NCBI GenBank assembly: GCA_964255285.1
Contig: CAXUUL010000009.1
Coordinates: 61,660-81,659, forward strand
DNA from: Ionaspis alba
Lineage: Eukaryota
Reading direction: 5' to 3'
Length of the DNA: 20,000 nt
Position 1 is the stretch's first letter; every line of letters starts with the position of its first letter. The translations under genes and the position numbers were made by a program. Positions 8,866 through 20,000 of the stretch are shown here, in pieces. Below the pieces are notes generated by a model. That model had not been told where the DNA came from. It was given only the letters and a program-made list of their open reading frames with translations, and made no database searches.

Positions 8866-10886
8866 ATGAGAGTTCAGCACGTTCTCAAACTCAGTACGAG
8901 TGTGATTTTTGAGAAGGTGATGCGATGTTTGATCAGAAGTGGTATCGCTCGACGTTGTCCTTCTTCTTGTCTTCCTCCCACCTCACGTAATCTTTACGTC
9001 CTTGTCGCAGGAGGAGAGAAGAGGACCTGGCGACAATGCTGTGTTCGGGCTGGCTTGAGCCGGCCTCTAGCAAGATTTGGTGCGCACGCAAAACCCTTTA
9101 GCACTTCTGCTGAAGTAGACTCGACTATCTTTGCATTGTCCACAGCGCCTGGACGAGCTGCAATTGCCATAATTCGAATATCAGGACCAGCATGTTTACG
9201 TGTTCGTCCATCTTTGAGATGGATATGTTCTAGGACTAATTATTGACAGATCTACGCAGAACTTTGTCCTGTTGTGCCTGCTCCAAAGCCTCGGTATGCT
9301 TCTGTGCGAACTTTGTATGAGCAGAAATCTTCCTCGTCTGAATGGCAAGTTCTCGATACTGCGGCTCTCGTGCTGTACTTCCCAGCCCCGCAAACCGTCA
9401 CGGGCGAGGATCTGTTAGAGCTGCATGTCCATGGAGGTCCGGCCGTGGTCAGGGCCGTGCTTGCGGCAATATCTAGAGTTCATTCCACGAGGGCCGGATC
9501 CGCACCTATCATCAGGTATGCTGAACCAGGGGAGTTCACCCGGAGAGCTTTCTATAACAACCGACTTGACTTGACACAAATTGAGGCCCTTGGAGACACA
9601 TTATCCGCTGAGACCGAGCAGCAACGGCGTCTCGCGGTCAATGGCACAAATAATATTCTTTCAAAACGCTACGATGCATGGCGCCAACAACTACTGTATG
9701 CTCGTGGCGAGTTAGAAGCCTTAATCGACTTTTCCGAGGATCAGCATTTCGAAGAATCACCTGCCAAGCTAGTTTCGTCGGTCGCGAAGCAAGTCCTCTA
9801 TCTTCGGGATCAGATCGACGGAAGCATCAAGAATGCTACACGAGGAGAGCTTCTACGGAATGGTATCAAGATAGCTCTTCTTGGTGCACCGAATGCTGGC
9901 AAGAGTTCGCTTCTGAATAGAATTGTGGGAAGAGAAGCTGCGATTGTCAGCAAAGAGGCTGGGACTACCCGAGATGTGGTCGAGATCAATGTCGACATTG
10001 GAGGGTTCTTCTGCAAATTTGATGATCTAGCAGGACTACGCAAGGACTTGACAATCGGTCGATCGGGTGGGGAAGGGCTAAATTTCACGCCGATCGGAGA
10101 AGTTGAACAAGAGGGCATTCGAAGAGCTAAACAGCGTGTTACGGATGCCGATGTTGTGCTTATCGTCCTCTCTGTTGAGAAGAGCACAACTTTTCCTAGA
10201 GATCTTATTGTGAGAGTAGATCCAGAAATTACCGACACCATCAAGAAGTGTGATCTCTCAAGGCAAAAGGTCATTATTGCTATCAACAAAATTGACCTGT
10301 TTGAGGAAGAGAGGAAACTCGATTCAACGAGATTAGACTATTTGAATGCATGTGCAGCCTTCGGCCAAGTGGACCCCAGGCTTTACCCATTCCCTCAGTT
10401 CCGTATCTCTTGCAAAGAAGCCTTGAACCAGGCTGGACTGAAGGATGATCCGAATATGAGCACAGATCCGGGAGGAATACAAGCACTCCTCGATGGACTC
10501 GTGTCAGTGTTCCGCAGCATGACAAGTGCCACTGACCTCGGTACCGGTTCTATGGCTCCAAATGCTCTGTGGGAAGAATCACTAGGCGCAAGTGAGAGGC
10601 AAAGACTCCTACTTGTGCAATGCTACAATAGACTTGGAGAATTCTTGCGAGGTGTGGCTTATAGTCCACATCACGCGGAGCCGTGCCGCAAAGATGTAGA
10701 AGATATTGATATAGTGCTTGCTGCCGAAAACCTACGTGGTGCAGCAGACTGTTTGGCCAAAATCACAGGAAGGGGAGAAGCTGGAGATGTAGAAGAGGTG
10801 CTTGGGATTGTTTTTGAGAAGTAAGCGAAGAGTTCTTTGACCAAGTGTAGTGTGCTAATGGTAATAGATTTTGTGTGGGCAAGTGA
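8866..10886 (+). CDS. MSS1: Mitochondrial tRNA modification GTPase Mss1 (MnmE/TrmE/GTPBP3)
   Basis: Exons 8866-9201, 9250-10820, 10868-10886 (introns 9202-9249, 10821-10867). Motifs TIFALSTAPGRAAIAIIRISG, TGEDLLELHVHGG, PGEFTRRAF, G1 GAPNAGKSS, G2 GTTRD, G3 DLAG, G4 NKID, C-terminal FCVGK. Arg-rich N-terminus fits a mitochondrial presequence; alternative ATG at 8920. Confidence 0.96.
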
Positions 10887-11071
10887 CTGGCCCTTGTCGG
10901 ACTCGAGTCAACTAACCCAACAGCCCCGCTGCCTGGAATTTGTCCTCACCTAGGCAATTGGCGCATCTTATAGCCATGCTCCGTTTCAACAGCAGGCTAC
11001 AGAAAATCTGGGTCAAGCCACAGCTTTGAAGCAGTCCCCGGAAGCTCGCCCAGAGCTTGAAAGGCCTCTCC

Positions 11072-11542
11072 TCACTCTTTTGGGAAAGATGCATAATCAT
11101 GCTCCTTGCAAATCTTGCCCTCGTCGTTCCACCAAACCAAATTACATCCTGACATTTTCATCACCTGTCCCTTCGCCTCGACATCCAACAGGGGCGATTG
11201 TTTGGTGTATTTGAACTCGCCATCCCATTCCCAAATGCTCAACTCTCTGGTTCCATAATGCCCACGCGTGGTNNNNNNNNNNNNNNNNNNNNNNNNNNNN
11301 NNNNNNNNNNNNNNNNNNNNNNNNNNNNNNNNNNNNNNNNNNNNNNNNNNNNNNNNNNNNNNNNNNNNNNNNAAACCCACGAAAAACCCTGCGAGAGCTT
11401 CTTTGTCCATATTCAGCATGGAAACCCCGAAGTCGGAGAACACGACATCGTTGCTGTAAAGAGCCAGGAGATCTGAGGCGGATTGGGCGTTGTATGCTGC
11501 TGCGAGGGCTTCGCCACGGGTATGGATTTCTTCTGGTGTCAT
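11072..11542 (-). CDS. SnoaL-like / NTF2-fold small protein, copy A (interrupted by N gap 11273-11372)
   Basis: MTPEEIHTRGEALAAAYNAQSASDLLALYSNDVVFSD..TTRGHYG..SIWEW..GQVMKMSGCNLVWWNDEGKICKEHDY: the D.L.LY..D..F.D, EW and G......EGKI....DY pattern typical of SnoaL-like domains. Clear paralogy to 12088-12486. Confidence 0.8.
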   Translation of the reverse strand: MTPEEIHTRGEALAAAYNAQSASDLLALYSNDVVFSDFGVSMLNMDKEALAGFFVGXXXXXXXXXXXXXXXXXXXXXXXXXXXXXXXXXXTTRGHYGTRELSIWEWDGEFKYTKQSPLLDVEAKGQVMKMSGCNLVWWNDEGKICKEHDYASFPKE

Positions 11543-12087
11543 TGTGGGTAACTGGGGTGATCGCAAGCTGTCTGGAAACCATCGTCGTTAGATGTGCCGG
11601 GAAGTTGCTGAGCGATTTCTGGCCGGCGTAGGCTTTGCGTGCATGTCGTTCAAATAGAAGATGTAAGGTTACATTATATCATGCTCTCTTTGGCCAAGAT
11701 CCATGTAAGCTGACCGCAACCCAAGACGCCTGTTCCGGCAGTTTCGGGTGGCTAACTGGCGTTCTGAGTTCGAAGTGAGATCCACAGAAGATATCTCCGA
11801 TGCATGATTGCGCCACCTGAGCGAGAGTGTCCAATTATATACATGGTGGCTTTCTTCAGAATAGGTGAACCAGTCAAGAACATTGACTGACCGAAGCCAC
11901 ACATTCGACATCGAGGCAACATCGCTTAAGATGTTGTAATTAGCTATGAGTGGAGTGGTGACCTGCCGCCAACCTAGTATACAAAATCAAATGCCCCAGA
12001 CCAACCAAGCTCGACAAATCAAGAGCTGAGAGCCTATTTCATCAGATGTAGACCTCTTCCGAAGTCCTCACAACCATAAGAGGTAGT

Positions 12088-12486
12088 CTAATCCTTCGAA
12101 ATACTAGGATAATCGGCCTGTTTGTAGATCTTCCCCTCTTTATTCCACCAAATAATACTGCATCCCACGAACTTCAGTCGCTGTCCAACCTGGACATCCA
12201 TTAGAGGCGACGTCTTGACAACTTCGATGTCGAAAGTCCACTCCCAAACGCTGATGTCCGTATTCCCATAATGGCCACGAGTGGTCACTTTGACGTCTCC
12301 GCAAGGGTCCCATGCTCCCGTGAAAAACGTGGATAGGGTAGCGCTGTCCATATTGAGCATGTTGAAGAAGTAGTCAGAATAGGTGATGTCGTCGCTATAA
12401 AGAGCCATGAGATCTGGGAGAGAGCACTTCTCATGGCCTAATCGGAGCGCTTCGGCGCGCGTGGTCATTGCCGACGATGATGACAT
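12088..12486 (-). CDS. SnoaL-like / NTF2-fold small protein, copy B (132 aa, intronless)
   Basis: DLMALYSDDITYSD..TTRGHYG..SVWEW..GQRLKFVGCSIIWWNKEGKIYKQADY; complete ATG-to-stop ORF. Confidence 0.85.
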   Translation of the reverse strand: MSSSSAMTTRAEALRLGHEKCSLPDLMALYSDDITYSDYFFNMLNMDSATLSTFFTGAWDPCGDVKVTTRGHYGNTDISVWEWTFDIEVVKTSPLMDVQVGQRLKFVGCSIIWWNKEGKIYKQADYPSISKD

Positions 12487-13434
12487 CTTTACAGATGGAA
12501 AGCTTAGAGTGATAGAGGACGAAGGATCGATTTTTCGTTTGAAGTGTAAGGATGGCTAGGATAGGTATGGACAACAGAGTAGCTTTTCTGGAGCGATAGA
12601 CCTCTCACATTGAAAGTTGTTTGATGATTGAGAAACTTTGAACCTGGCGCGATTGATATGAATTACATTGGAGGGGAAGAGAGCATTCTTTTGACTCCGG
12701 CTGAAGCCTAGAAGTGCGGGATCTGGTATGGCCAAGACGTTCGTCCTCACACCCTCACTGAACACGGGATTAAGTACATGGCACATCAATAGGCAACAGA
12801 ACAGGTTGGAAACATCGATGTAACTTCAAATGTGCGATTAACGGCAAAAACCGGGTGATATCGGGGCTGACAAACACATTGATAATGCCAGCAATAGATG
12901 ACCTTCAAGAATGCGTCTAGCATGACAAAGGAGACGTGTGACTCAGTTGCTAGCTGTAGATCTAGTCGCGTTGAACATTTCCGAAATGCGAGGCACTTAG
13001 GGAAATAGGTGGTGTGAGGGACTGCGAGGTGTAATAATGACAGCTCACGCTTAAAGCTATTTCTTTGATGAGCTATGATGCTGTAAAGGGCTTGAAACCG
13101 TCAGTCCATCTCTCCTCTTCTCCTACACATCTCGTCCACCGTGTAGGTGGCTTCAGGTGGCCCGCAAGGACCCGATAGGAGTCCAGACTGATGAGCATAG
13201 ACGACCAAAGCTGGCGCGTAACGGGTAAGAAAGTGCCAGGGCTGAATCTTTGGCCGAAGCGCGCTAGCGAACAGAGCTCCTAAAGCTCACGTCGTCCTCG
13301 CCTGCCTATCAATCGACAGAGCGGTCACTACACCACCGTCTCCATCCCGTCCCCAGTACTTCCCGACATCCTTATACCCGTTGACTCTCAATCACCTTTC
13401 TCCACAATCGTTTTCGTAGCGCGCATTCCTCACC

Positions 13435-14344
13435 ATGTTTCGGAATAACTACGACAACGACTCCGTAACCTTGTGAGCAAACACCAGCCCCAGACATACA
13501 TAATGAAGCTAATCAAATAGTCAGCTCACCCCAAGGTCGAATATTTCAAGTGGAATATGCGCAAGAAGCCGTCAAGCAAGGTTCAGTAGTTGTCGGACTT
13601 GTCAGCAAAACACACGCAGTTCTCGTAGCTCTAAAAGTACCTCTCTCTCACCCCTTTCCTGTTCTTCCAAACTCACCATGTCTCCCATAGCGAAATGCCG
13701 AAGAACTCTCCTCCTACCAGAAAAAAGTAATAGGTATAGACGACCACCTAGGCGTTGCCATTGCGGGCCTGGCCTCCGATGCGCGTGTCCTCCTCAACTT
13801 CATGAAGCAACAAGCTCTCAGTTCGAAAATGACCTATGGCCGGCCCATCCCACTTGAGCGTGTGGTCTCTTCCATTGGTGACCGCGCCCAGACAAATACA
13901 CAACAATACGGAAAACGGCCCTACGGCGTGGGTTTGCTAGTGGCGGGTGTCGACGAAACCGGCCCACATCTATTCGAGTTCGTGCCGTCAGGGATGACAC
14001 AGGAAATGCTGGCGTGTGCGATTGGAGGCAGAAGTCAGATGGCGCGGACATATCTAGAACGGCATCTGGAGGAATTTGAGGGAGCGAGCCGGGAAGACCT
14101 GATACGGCATGGCTTGAGGGCATTGAAGGAGAGTATGAGCCAGGACAAGGAGTTGACCGTTGAGAACACGAGCGTGGGAGTCATTGGGACGGTACTGGAG
14201 GGTAAGAGAAAGGGAAAGGTGGAGAGCTTCAAACTGTTTGATGGCACAGAGGTCGCACCTTTGCTAGAGGCTGCACTGGAAGGAGCGGAGAATGGTGGAG
14301 GGACTGCGGGAGGCGACGGAGAAGGCATGGATGTTGATTCATAA
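13435..14344 (+). CDS. PRE5: 20S proteasome subunit alpha6 (PSMA1 orthologue, ~267 aa)
   Basis: Exons 13435-13472, 13525-13636, 13691-14344 give [87 protein letters not shown]. Both introns are GT-AG. Confidence 0.97.
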
Positions 14345-14865
14345 GGTACTCAGGGGATAATGAATGCGAATAATAGAGCTGGTGTTCTTTATGCTGGAAA
14401 ATGCTCGGAGAAGTCTGATGTGGAATATAGATTACATCCAAGCTATGATCATGATGTTCTCGCATGGGTGGCGGAGTTCAAGCATATGGATTCCCACGGA
14501 TGTAGCTCGTGGGGCTTGTTCCTTACACCTTCTCATTCCTATCAGAATACGACGGACGCTTCCTACTCTCACGAAAAGCTTTGCAACGGTGACGACCAAA
14601 TATGCTCGACGTCATTCACCTAAAAATGCATGACTGGGCTGTCGATCATTCCACTTCACGGTTGTCAAAGACTGGTGCAGCTCTGTGAATCTATCTGCAA
14701 TGCTGCATGCAACAACCTATGCATTATTGAAACAAATAGCAAAAGTCTCTTCCCTAAGCTAACTTGCTTGATATTCGCGGACTAGGAAGCGATACTTAGA
14801 AACCTCTTTCCGCACGGCCTTGTGCCAACCATTCAGCTATCAATTAGTTATCTTGTCATTTCCTA

Positions 14866-15652
14866 ATGGCTTCCGCCCTGCCCTCTAACGAAGTCTTGAC
14901 GGGAACTCCCAACGGAGCCGTTGTCTGCGTCTTGTACATCTCATTTTTTTTCAACCCCCGCTTCGAAGTAAATGCTAATGTCTCCCTCTAGCTGCGGATC
15001 CTCTCCCGGCACCTCCCCAGCACACATTGCCGCCGCCCACGCCCTCGCCCAGTCCCTTCACAGGCACTCCATAACTCTAGTATACGGCGGTGGCACGGTA
15101 GGTCTCATGGGCGAGTTAGCCCGGACGCTCGTTTCACTCTCCGGTCCCGAAAGCGTGCACGGGATAATCCCCGAAGCGTTGATGGCGTATGAGCAAGCTG
15201 GGCGACCAGCTCCCAGTGCTTCTACGCCTAAGAACGGCACTACAAGCGCGGGATCCTCAAATGGGAGCATCGATGAGAAGATCTACGGGCGGACGACAGT
15301 CGTCAAGGACATGCACACGCGGAAGGGTATGATGGCGCAAGCGGTCATAGATGGGGGACCTGGAAGCGGGTTTGTGGCGCTGGCGGGTGGTTATGGGACG
15401 TTAGAGGAGCTGATGGAAATGGTGACGTGGAATCAACTTGGGATACACGGGCGGGCGATTGTGGTGTTCAACGTGGAGGGATACTGGGATGGGTTGTTGG
15501 AGTGGGTGAGGAGGGCAGTGGCGGAAGGGTTTGTGGCAGAGAGTAATAAGGGGATTATGGTTGAGGCAAGGGAAGTGGAGGAGGTGATTAGTGCTTTAAC
15601 GGGGTACAGGGTCAGTGAAGGGAGGTTGGGTTTGGATTGGGGGATGGGTTAG
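14866..15652 (+). CDS. LOG1: LOG (Lonely Guy) family nucleoside 5'-monophosphate phosphoribohydrolase (~242 aa)
   Basis: Exon 14866-14933, intron 14934-14991 (GTACAT..GCTAAT..TAG), exon 14992-15652 gives VCVFCGSSPG, LVYGGGTVGLMG, VHGIIP, DMHTRK, AGGYGTLEELMEMVTWNQLGIH. Confidence 0.92.
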
Positions 15653-15925
15653 GCAAGGCAAGGCTGGTGAGATACAGAACAACTGAGACGTGGAGCTGGA
15701 CATGTAAGTAGCCATAGAAAAATAGAATTTGTGCACTGTTCTACGCATGTCCTACTCCTCATCAGCAATCTGTGTAGTAGTTCCGAACAATGTTTGCAAG
15801 ATCAAAACAAGTCGAGCACATTGAAACAATATATGTTATTATAGAATTCGCAGACATCTGCCCACAGGGTTAAAATGAGCTCAAATTCGTTCCGATAACC
15901 TACCCCAACAAATTCCTCCCCCAAT

Positions 15926-16825
15926 TTACATCCCCAGCTTCTCGAGAAACTCAAGCACGGCCTCCGCAATTTCAGGTCCCTTAGTCTCCACAGCAAAATG
16001 TCCGGCATCCAATAGTTTGACCTCCGCGTTAGGCAGATCTTTCTTGAAAGCCTCTGCTCCTTCCGGCACAAAAGCAACATCGCCCTGTCCCCAAACAGCC
16101 AAGAGGGGGATCTGACTCTTCCTGAAGTACTCCTGAAATTGCGAGTAAAGCTCCACGTTGGTAGCATAATCCTTGAGCAAATTAAGCTCAATATCCGGAA
16201 TACCCTGGCGAGATATAAGCGCCCAGTCAAGATTATAAGACTCAGGGGCTATATGCTTGAGATCAGCTTCAGGGACTCCAGTTTCGTAATGCTCCTTGAA
16301 CCATGGAAGATTGAAGACAGCGGCCCGGATCATTTCACGATCAGCCTGGGAGCCAGAAGCCCAATATTGACGGATGGGAGCCCAGAAATTCGCCCCTAGA
16401 CCTTCGTCGTAGGCATTGCCATTTTGAGAGATGATGGCTGTGAACGTTTCGGGATGGTCTAACGCGACACGTAGAGCAATAGGGGCGCCGTAGTCGAAGA
16501 TGTAAACCGGTAATGGAGAGAGGTTGAGGGCTTTGATAAAGGCATAGAGAGTAGTGGCGAGGGAGGCGAAATTATAGGTGTAGTTGCGATCTGTGGGAAC
16601 GGTTGTGAAACCGAAGCTGGGGAAGTCGGGTGCGATGACGTGGTGGGTTTTGGCGATGAGGGGCATCAAGTTACGGTACTGGTGCGAAGAAGATGGGAAG
16701 CCATGGAGGAGGAGAAGGGGCGGCAGGTGGAGGGAGCCGGCGGAGCGGTAGAAGATGTCGATACCGTCGGCGTGGACGATTGAGAAGGTCGTCGTTGGGA
16801 GAAGTGAGATTGTGACTGGAGACAT
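15926..16825 (-). CDS. Alpha/beta hydrolase, epoxide hydrolase / haloalkane dehalogenase-like (299 aa, intronless)
   Basis: Oxyanion motif LLHGFPSSSHQYRNL, APDFPSFG, Asp nucleophile elbow YIFDYGAP, IISQNGNAY, WGQGD and catalytic His in LDAGHFA. Confidence 0.93.
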   Translation of the reverse strand: MSPVTISLLPTTTFSIVHADGIDIFYRSAGSLHLPPLLLLHGFPSSSHQYRNLMPLIAKTHHVIAPDFPSFGFTTVPTDRNYTYNFASLATTLYAFIKALNLSPLPVYIFDYGAPIALRVALDHPETFTAIISQNGNAYDEGLGANFWAPIRQYWASGSQADREMIRAAVFNLPWFKEHYETGVPEADLKHIAPESYNLDWALISRQGIPDIELNLLKDYATNVELYSQFQEYFRKSQIPLLAVWGQGDVAFVPEGAEAFKKDLPNAEVKLLDAGHFAVETKGPEIAEAVLEFLEKLGM

Positions 16826-17667
16826 GTTTGGGATTGGCTCGAATAGCTGTGAGGTAGGAAGTAGAAGCAGATTTGTTGAGTATGTTCTTGGTGTAGTTGA
16901 AAGTTATGGTAATTGGGGTTTGAAAATGAGAGCAGATGGTAATGCAAATAGTTCCGTACAATTGGACGCTCCCGTGTGGAAATGTTTGAAGACAAAACAA
17001 GACCGCGGGAGCTCAATATATAGACAGCTTATTCAGTGAGATATGATATTGAACAAAGATTAATAATGAAGCTCCCACGCGAGAATCGGGTCTCGAATGC
17101 ATTCCAAATACCCAGAATTGACAGGCCTTAGGGCTTGACAAATAAACGAGGCGACTTGTTGACGCTGACCTGCTGACCTGAACACTAGTCGCACTGAGAT
17201 GCCAAGAACAGGCGTGTCTGGATGAATGATCGAAAATCGCGATTCGTTTCATAAATTAGCCCCCAAGCACGCGGATACTCGTGATCCTCGAGGGAGGTGT
17301 CAGCATATAAAATATTCCGTCATTGCAGAATACTTCATCAATTCCGCGGAGAAGGGCAATTCACCAAGCACCGTCGCAGCCTCGCATCCATAAGGCCACC
17401 CACAGCAGAAAAGAGTCACATTTCTAATCCAACAGCCGCAGTATCTATGTCCAAACCATCCATCTGCGCAAAGACCCGTCCATCCCATACAGGACTTGTC
17501 TTTCAGTCCCATACGCTATGCTGACAGTCCGGCTGGGCCACCCGGGCGGACGAAGAATACTAGAAAAAACCAAATATACAGGGGTATTACAAAGAGAGTA
17601 TACAAGAAACGAAGCATAAACCTCCTCGACCCTTTCCGACGTTCTCACCCGGTACAATCATACCGAT

Positions 17668-20000
17668 TCAGTCCGATAACTCAACAGGTAGACACTCAGA
17701 ACCCCTTTCTGGTGTCGGCGGACTGATTGTCGTGATTGGTGGCGCAGGCATCATCTCGCCCGGATCTAGCCCATTTACCGCGGACACATTCTCCTCACCA
17801 CCGCTGTTCCGCTTACTTTTTCCCTCGTCCTCTTCATCTTCTTCTCCAAGAGGTTCCTCGGCGATCGTGCTGGTTCCTGCTTGGGCCGCCTCTCCTGCAG
17901 TGCCATTGCTGCTGCTACTGCTGCTTGCAGCCCCTCTTCTTCTCCTGCGATCCCTGCGCTCGTCGTTCGCGCTCTCTCGTCTTCGGCGGACGCGGATACT
18001 GCCATCACGATTGACTTCGGTATCACCGTCACCATCGCCGCGGAGACCTTGCAGCATGCTCGCGGCTCTATCGGCAACATCTTCGCCTTCGGAAGTTGCA
18101 CCAGCGACTTTCTCGGGCGTCTCTCCTTCTGCACTGATAGGACTTAATGTGCCCTTGTCCTCGTGGTCGTCTACTTCGTCACCTTTGGTGAGCTCAACCA
18201 TGTCAGGAATCTTCTGGCCACTGGCGATTCGGACTTGGTGCTTGTCCTTGAGCCTAGCTCTTCGACGGCGATCACGCTGATCACGGGCTTGAGGAGCCGC
18301 GGCACGAAGTTTCTCGAGCAGGGAGTCCATGGCACCGGTGCCGGCAGGTGAGAGCGGATTGTCAGCTGCGGAGCCTGCCGAATTGGCAGCGGCGGGATTG
18401 ATATTCTTAGCAGCCCGTTTCCGAGCCATGGAAGCTTCGTTGCGCCGGCGAGTCTCTTCCATACCGATATTCTTTTCTTTGGATTTCTGCGAAGGAGTCA
18501 GTATGGGCTTATACGATTGGGGTAAGGTGGAGACTGACCTTCCACTCGGTGACGAAGACAGCCAACTTCGCGAAGAAGTCTCGACGAGCGTTATCATCGG
18601 TGCTGTCTTCGCCATAGAAAGTCATGATATCGTTGTAAGAACGAGTCATCTCGTCGAGGTACAGTTGCATCTGTTCGGCCTTTCGTCGAGCGTCTTTCAT
18701 CGAGCGTTGGACCACTTGACTGACGCGATCTTGAGGATGGAACTTCTTGGGGTCGCTTAGGTTACCGGAGTCGAGAGAGGATTGCACGTTCTTGATATTG
18801 TCGATGTACTTCTTTGCGTCCGTCTGGAGTTGTTCAACATTGAGCTTCTGTGCTGTGACAACACCACCAATATCATCGACGAAACCTTCCCACTCTGGAT
18901 ATTGGGTTCGAACGATTCTCTCCACCAGATCAGCAAATGTCGATTCGTTCTTCTCATCCTTGACCATTCCCAAGCGAGCCAGGGAACTAAGCTTGAATCC
19001 AGAAGCCTGCTTGTTCGAGTCGTTCATGTAATTACCGATATCGAGGATCAGTCCAAGGATATTCATCAAGGATACTGAATCACGAAGAGATTCCGATACT
19101 CTGACGACTTCCTTCAATTGATTTGCGATCTGATCGTACTCCATTTCAAACGTCCTCGTCAAAGCCAGAGCCCGCATCCTCGATTTCCAGTAGTGGTGCA
19201 GTTCGAAAGCAGTCTGAAGATAGATTTGATCTTCCCGTGTCAATTCGACAGGATCTTGCTCGCGCAAAGTCTTGATCGCATCTGCACCAGTCCAGTCTTT
19301 GCTGTATGGAGCCATGAGCTTTCCCACGTTGTCCGGAATTACGCATAGATCATCCTTTTGTAAAAAGTCCATGACCACGTTGTTGTCCAAGACCTCCTTG
19401 TCACAGTGGATGATCGAACGAACCACTTCATCAATTGGTATCTGGGAGAACTTGGCTAGGGCAATCTGGAAATTCCGCATGAGATCACTGGAGATGATTT
19501 GTTTCTTGTCCGACTTCTTGCCACTAGCAGTACCGATAACTTTGATTTCCTTGGCCAGAAAGAGTTTCTCCACTTCTTCAAGCACACCCTTCTTTGCAAG
19601 TTCCATGTACTTTTCTTCTTTTTCTTCGTGTGTAGGAGCGTGAGCTGCCCACACTGTGACTTGAGGAGTATCCACTTTCTCCCAATGCAAAGCCTTGAGC
19701 TTCTTCTTGGGACGGATGAATGGCATGCTGATAATTGGGACCGGGGCGTATTGAGGATGAGGTAAGAATCCGCCTGATTTGGGGCCGGGTAACGGAGGAG
19801 CGCCAGGCGTAGGAGGCGGGCCCATAGAGCCGGGGGTCATTGGAGTCCTGGGAGTGCCTGGCATAGGTGGAGGAGGTGGCGGAGGAGCACCGCCAGAGAA
19901 CCCAGGTGAAGGTAATGGAGGAGGAGGAGGGGGAGGACCACCCGAGAAACCGGACACCGAAGGAGATAGTCCTGCAGAACCAGGCATAGGTGGTGGAGGG
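17668..20000 (-). CDS. sepA: Formin SepA/Bni1, 3' part (FH1 end, FH2, DAD); 5' end outside the window
   Basis: Poly-proline FH1 tracts, FH2 start RPKKKLKALHWEKV, ILDIGNYMND..GFKLSSL, intron 18487-18538 (GTCAGT..ACTGAC..CAG) joining EWK/KSKEKN, and DAD motif MDSLLEKL followed by a basic RRRRR tract. Confidence 0.96.

Noticed and set aside
8866..15652. Cytokinin biosynthesis cluster (tRNA-modifying gene plus LOG)
   Set aside because: Mss1 modifies wobble U34. It is not the tRNA isopentenyltransferase that supplies cytokinin precursors, and no IPT domain is in the window.
11072..16825. Secondary metabolite cluster (SnoaL pair plus epoxide hydrolase)
   Set aside because: No PKS, NRPS, terpene synthase, P450, transporter or cluster regulator is present, and the genes are interleaved with housekeeping genes.
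17732..18280. Plus-strand Ser/Leu-rich ORF and CTG/CTT triplet runs
   Set aside because: Antisense of the low-complexity formin C-terminus.
19790..20000. GGA/GGT tandem repeats
   Set aside because: These encode the formin FH1 poly-proline tracts and are not an independent repeat.

Overview
Eukaryotic DNA from a filamentous ascomycete (Pezizomycotina), judged from short GT-AG introns with CTRAC/CTAAY branch sites and fungal-type housekeeping genes. The window has two parts. (1) About 1-6.4 kb is an accessory, decaying region that the ORF track mostly misses: a FAD-linked oxidoreductase pseudogene, a dimeric alpha-beta barrel-like pseudogene, a disrupted HEXXH metalloprotease joined back-to-back to the 3' remnant of a Cys-rich protein gene, and an uncharacterised fungal multipass membrane protein gene with a doubtful 5' end. 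(2) About 7.6-20 kb holds intact genes: MAK16 divergent from MSS1 (MnmE/GTPBP3), two tandem SnoaL/NTF2-like paralogues, proteasome alpha6 (PRE5), a LOG-family phosphoribohydrolase, an epoxide hydrolase-like alpha/beta hydrolase, and the 3' part of the formin SepA/Bni1. The two 100-N gaps are placeholders whose true sizes can be inferred (about -55 bp and about 28 bp). All family calls are by eye from motifs; no searches were run. I found no convincing new biological system, only the leads listed.
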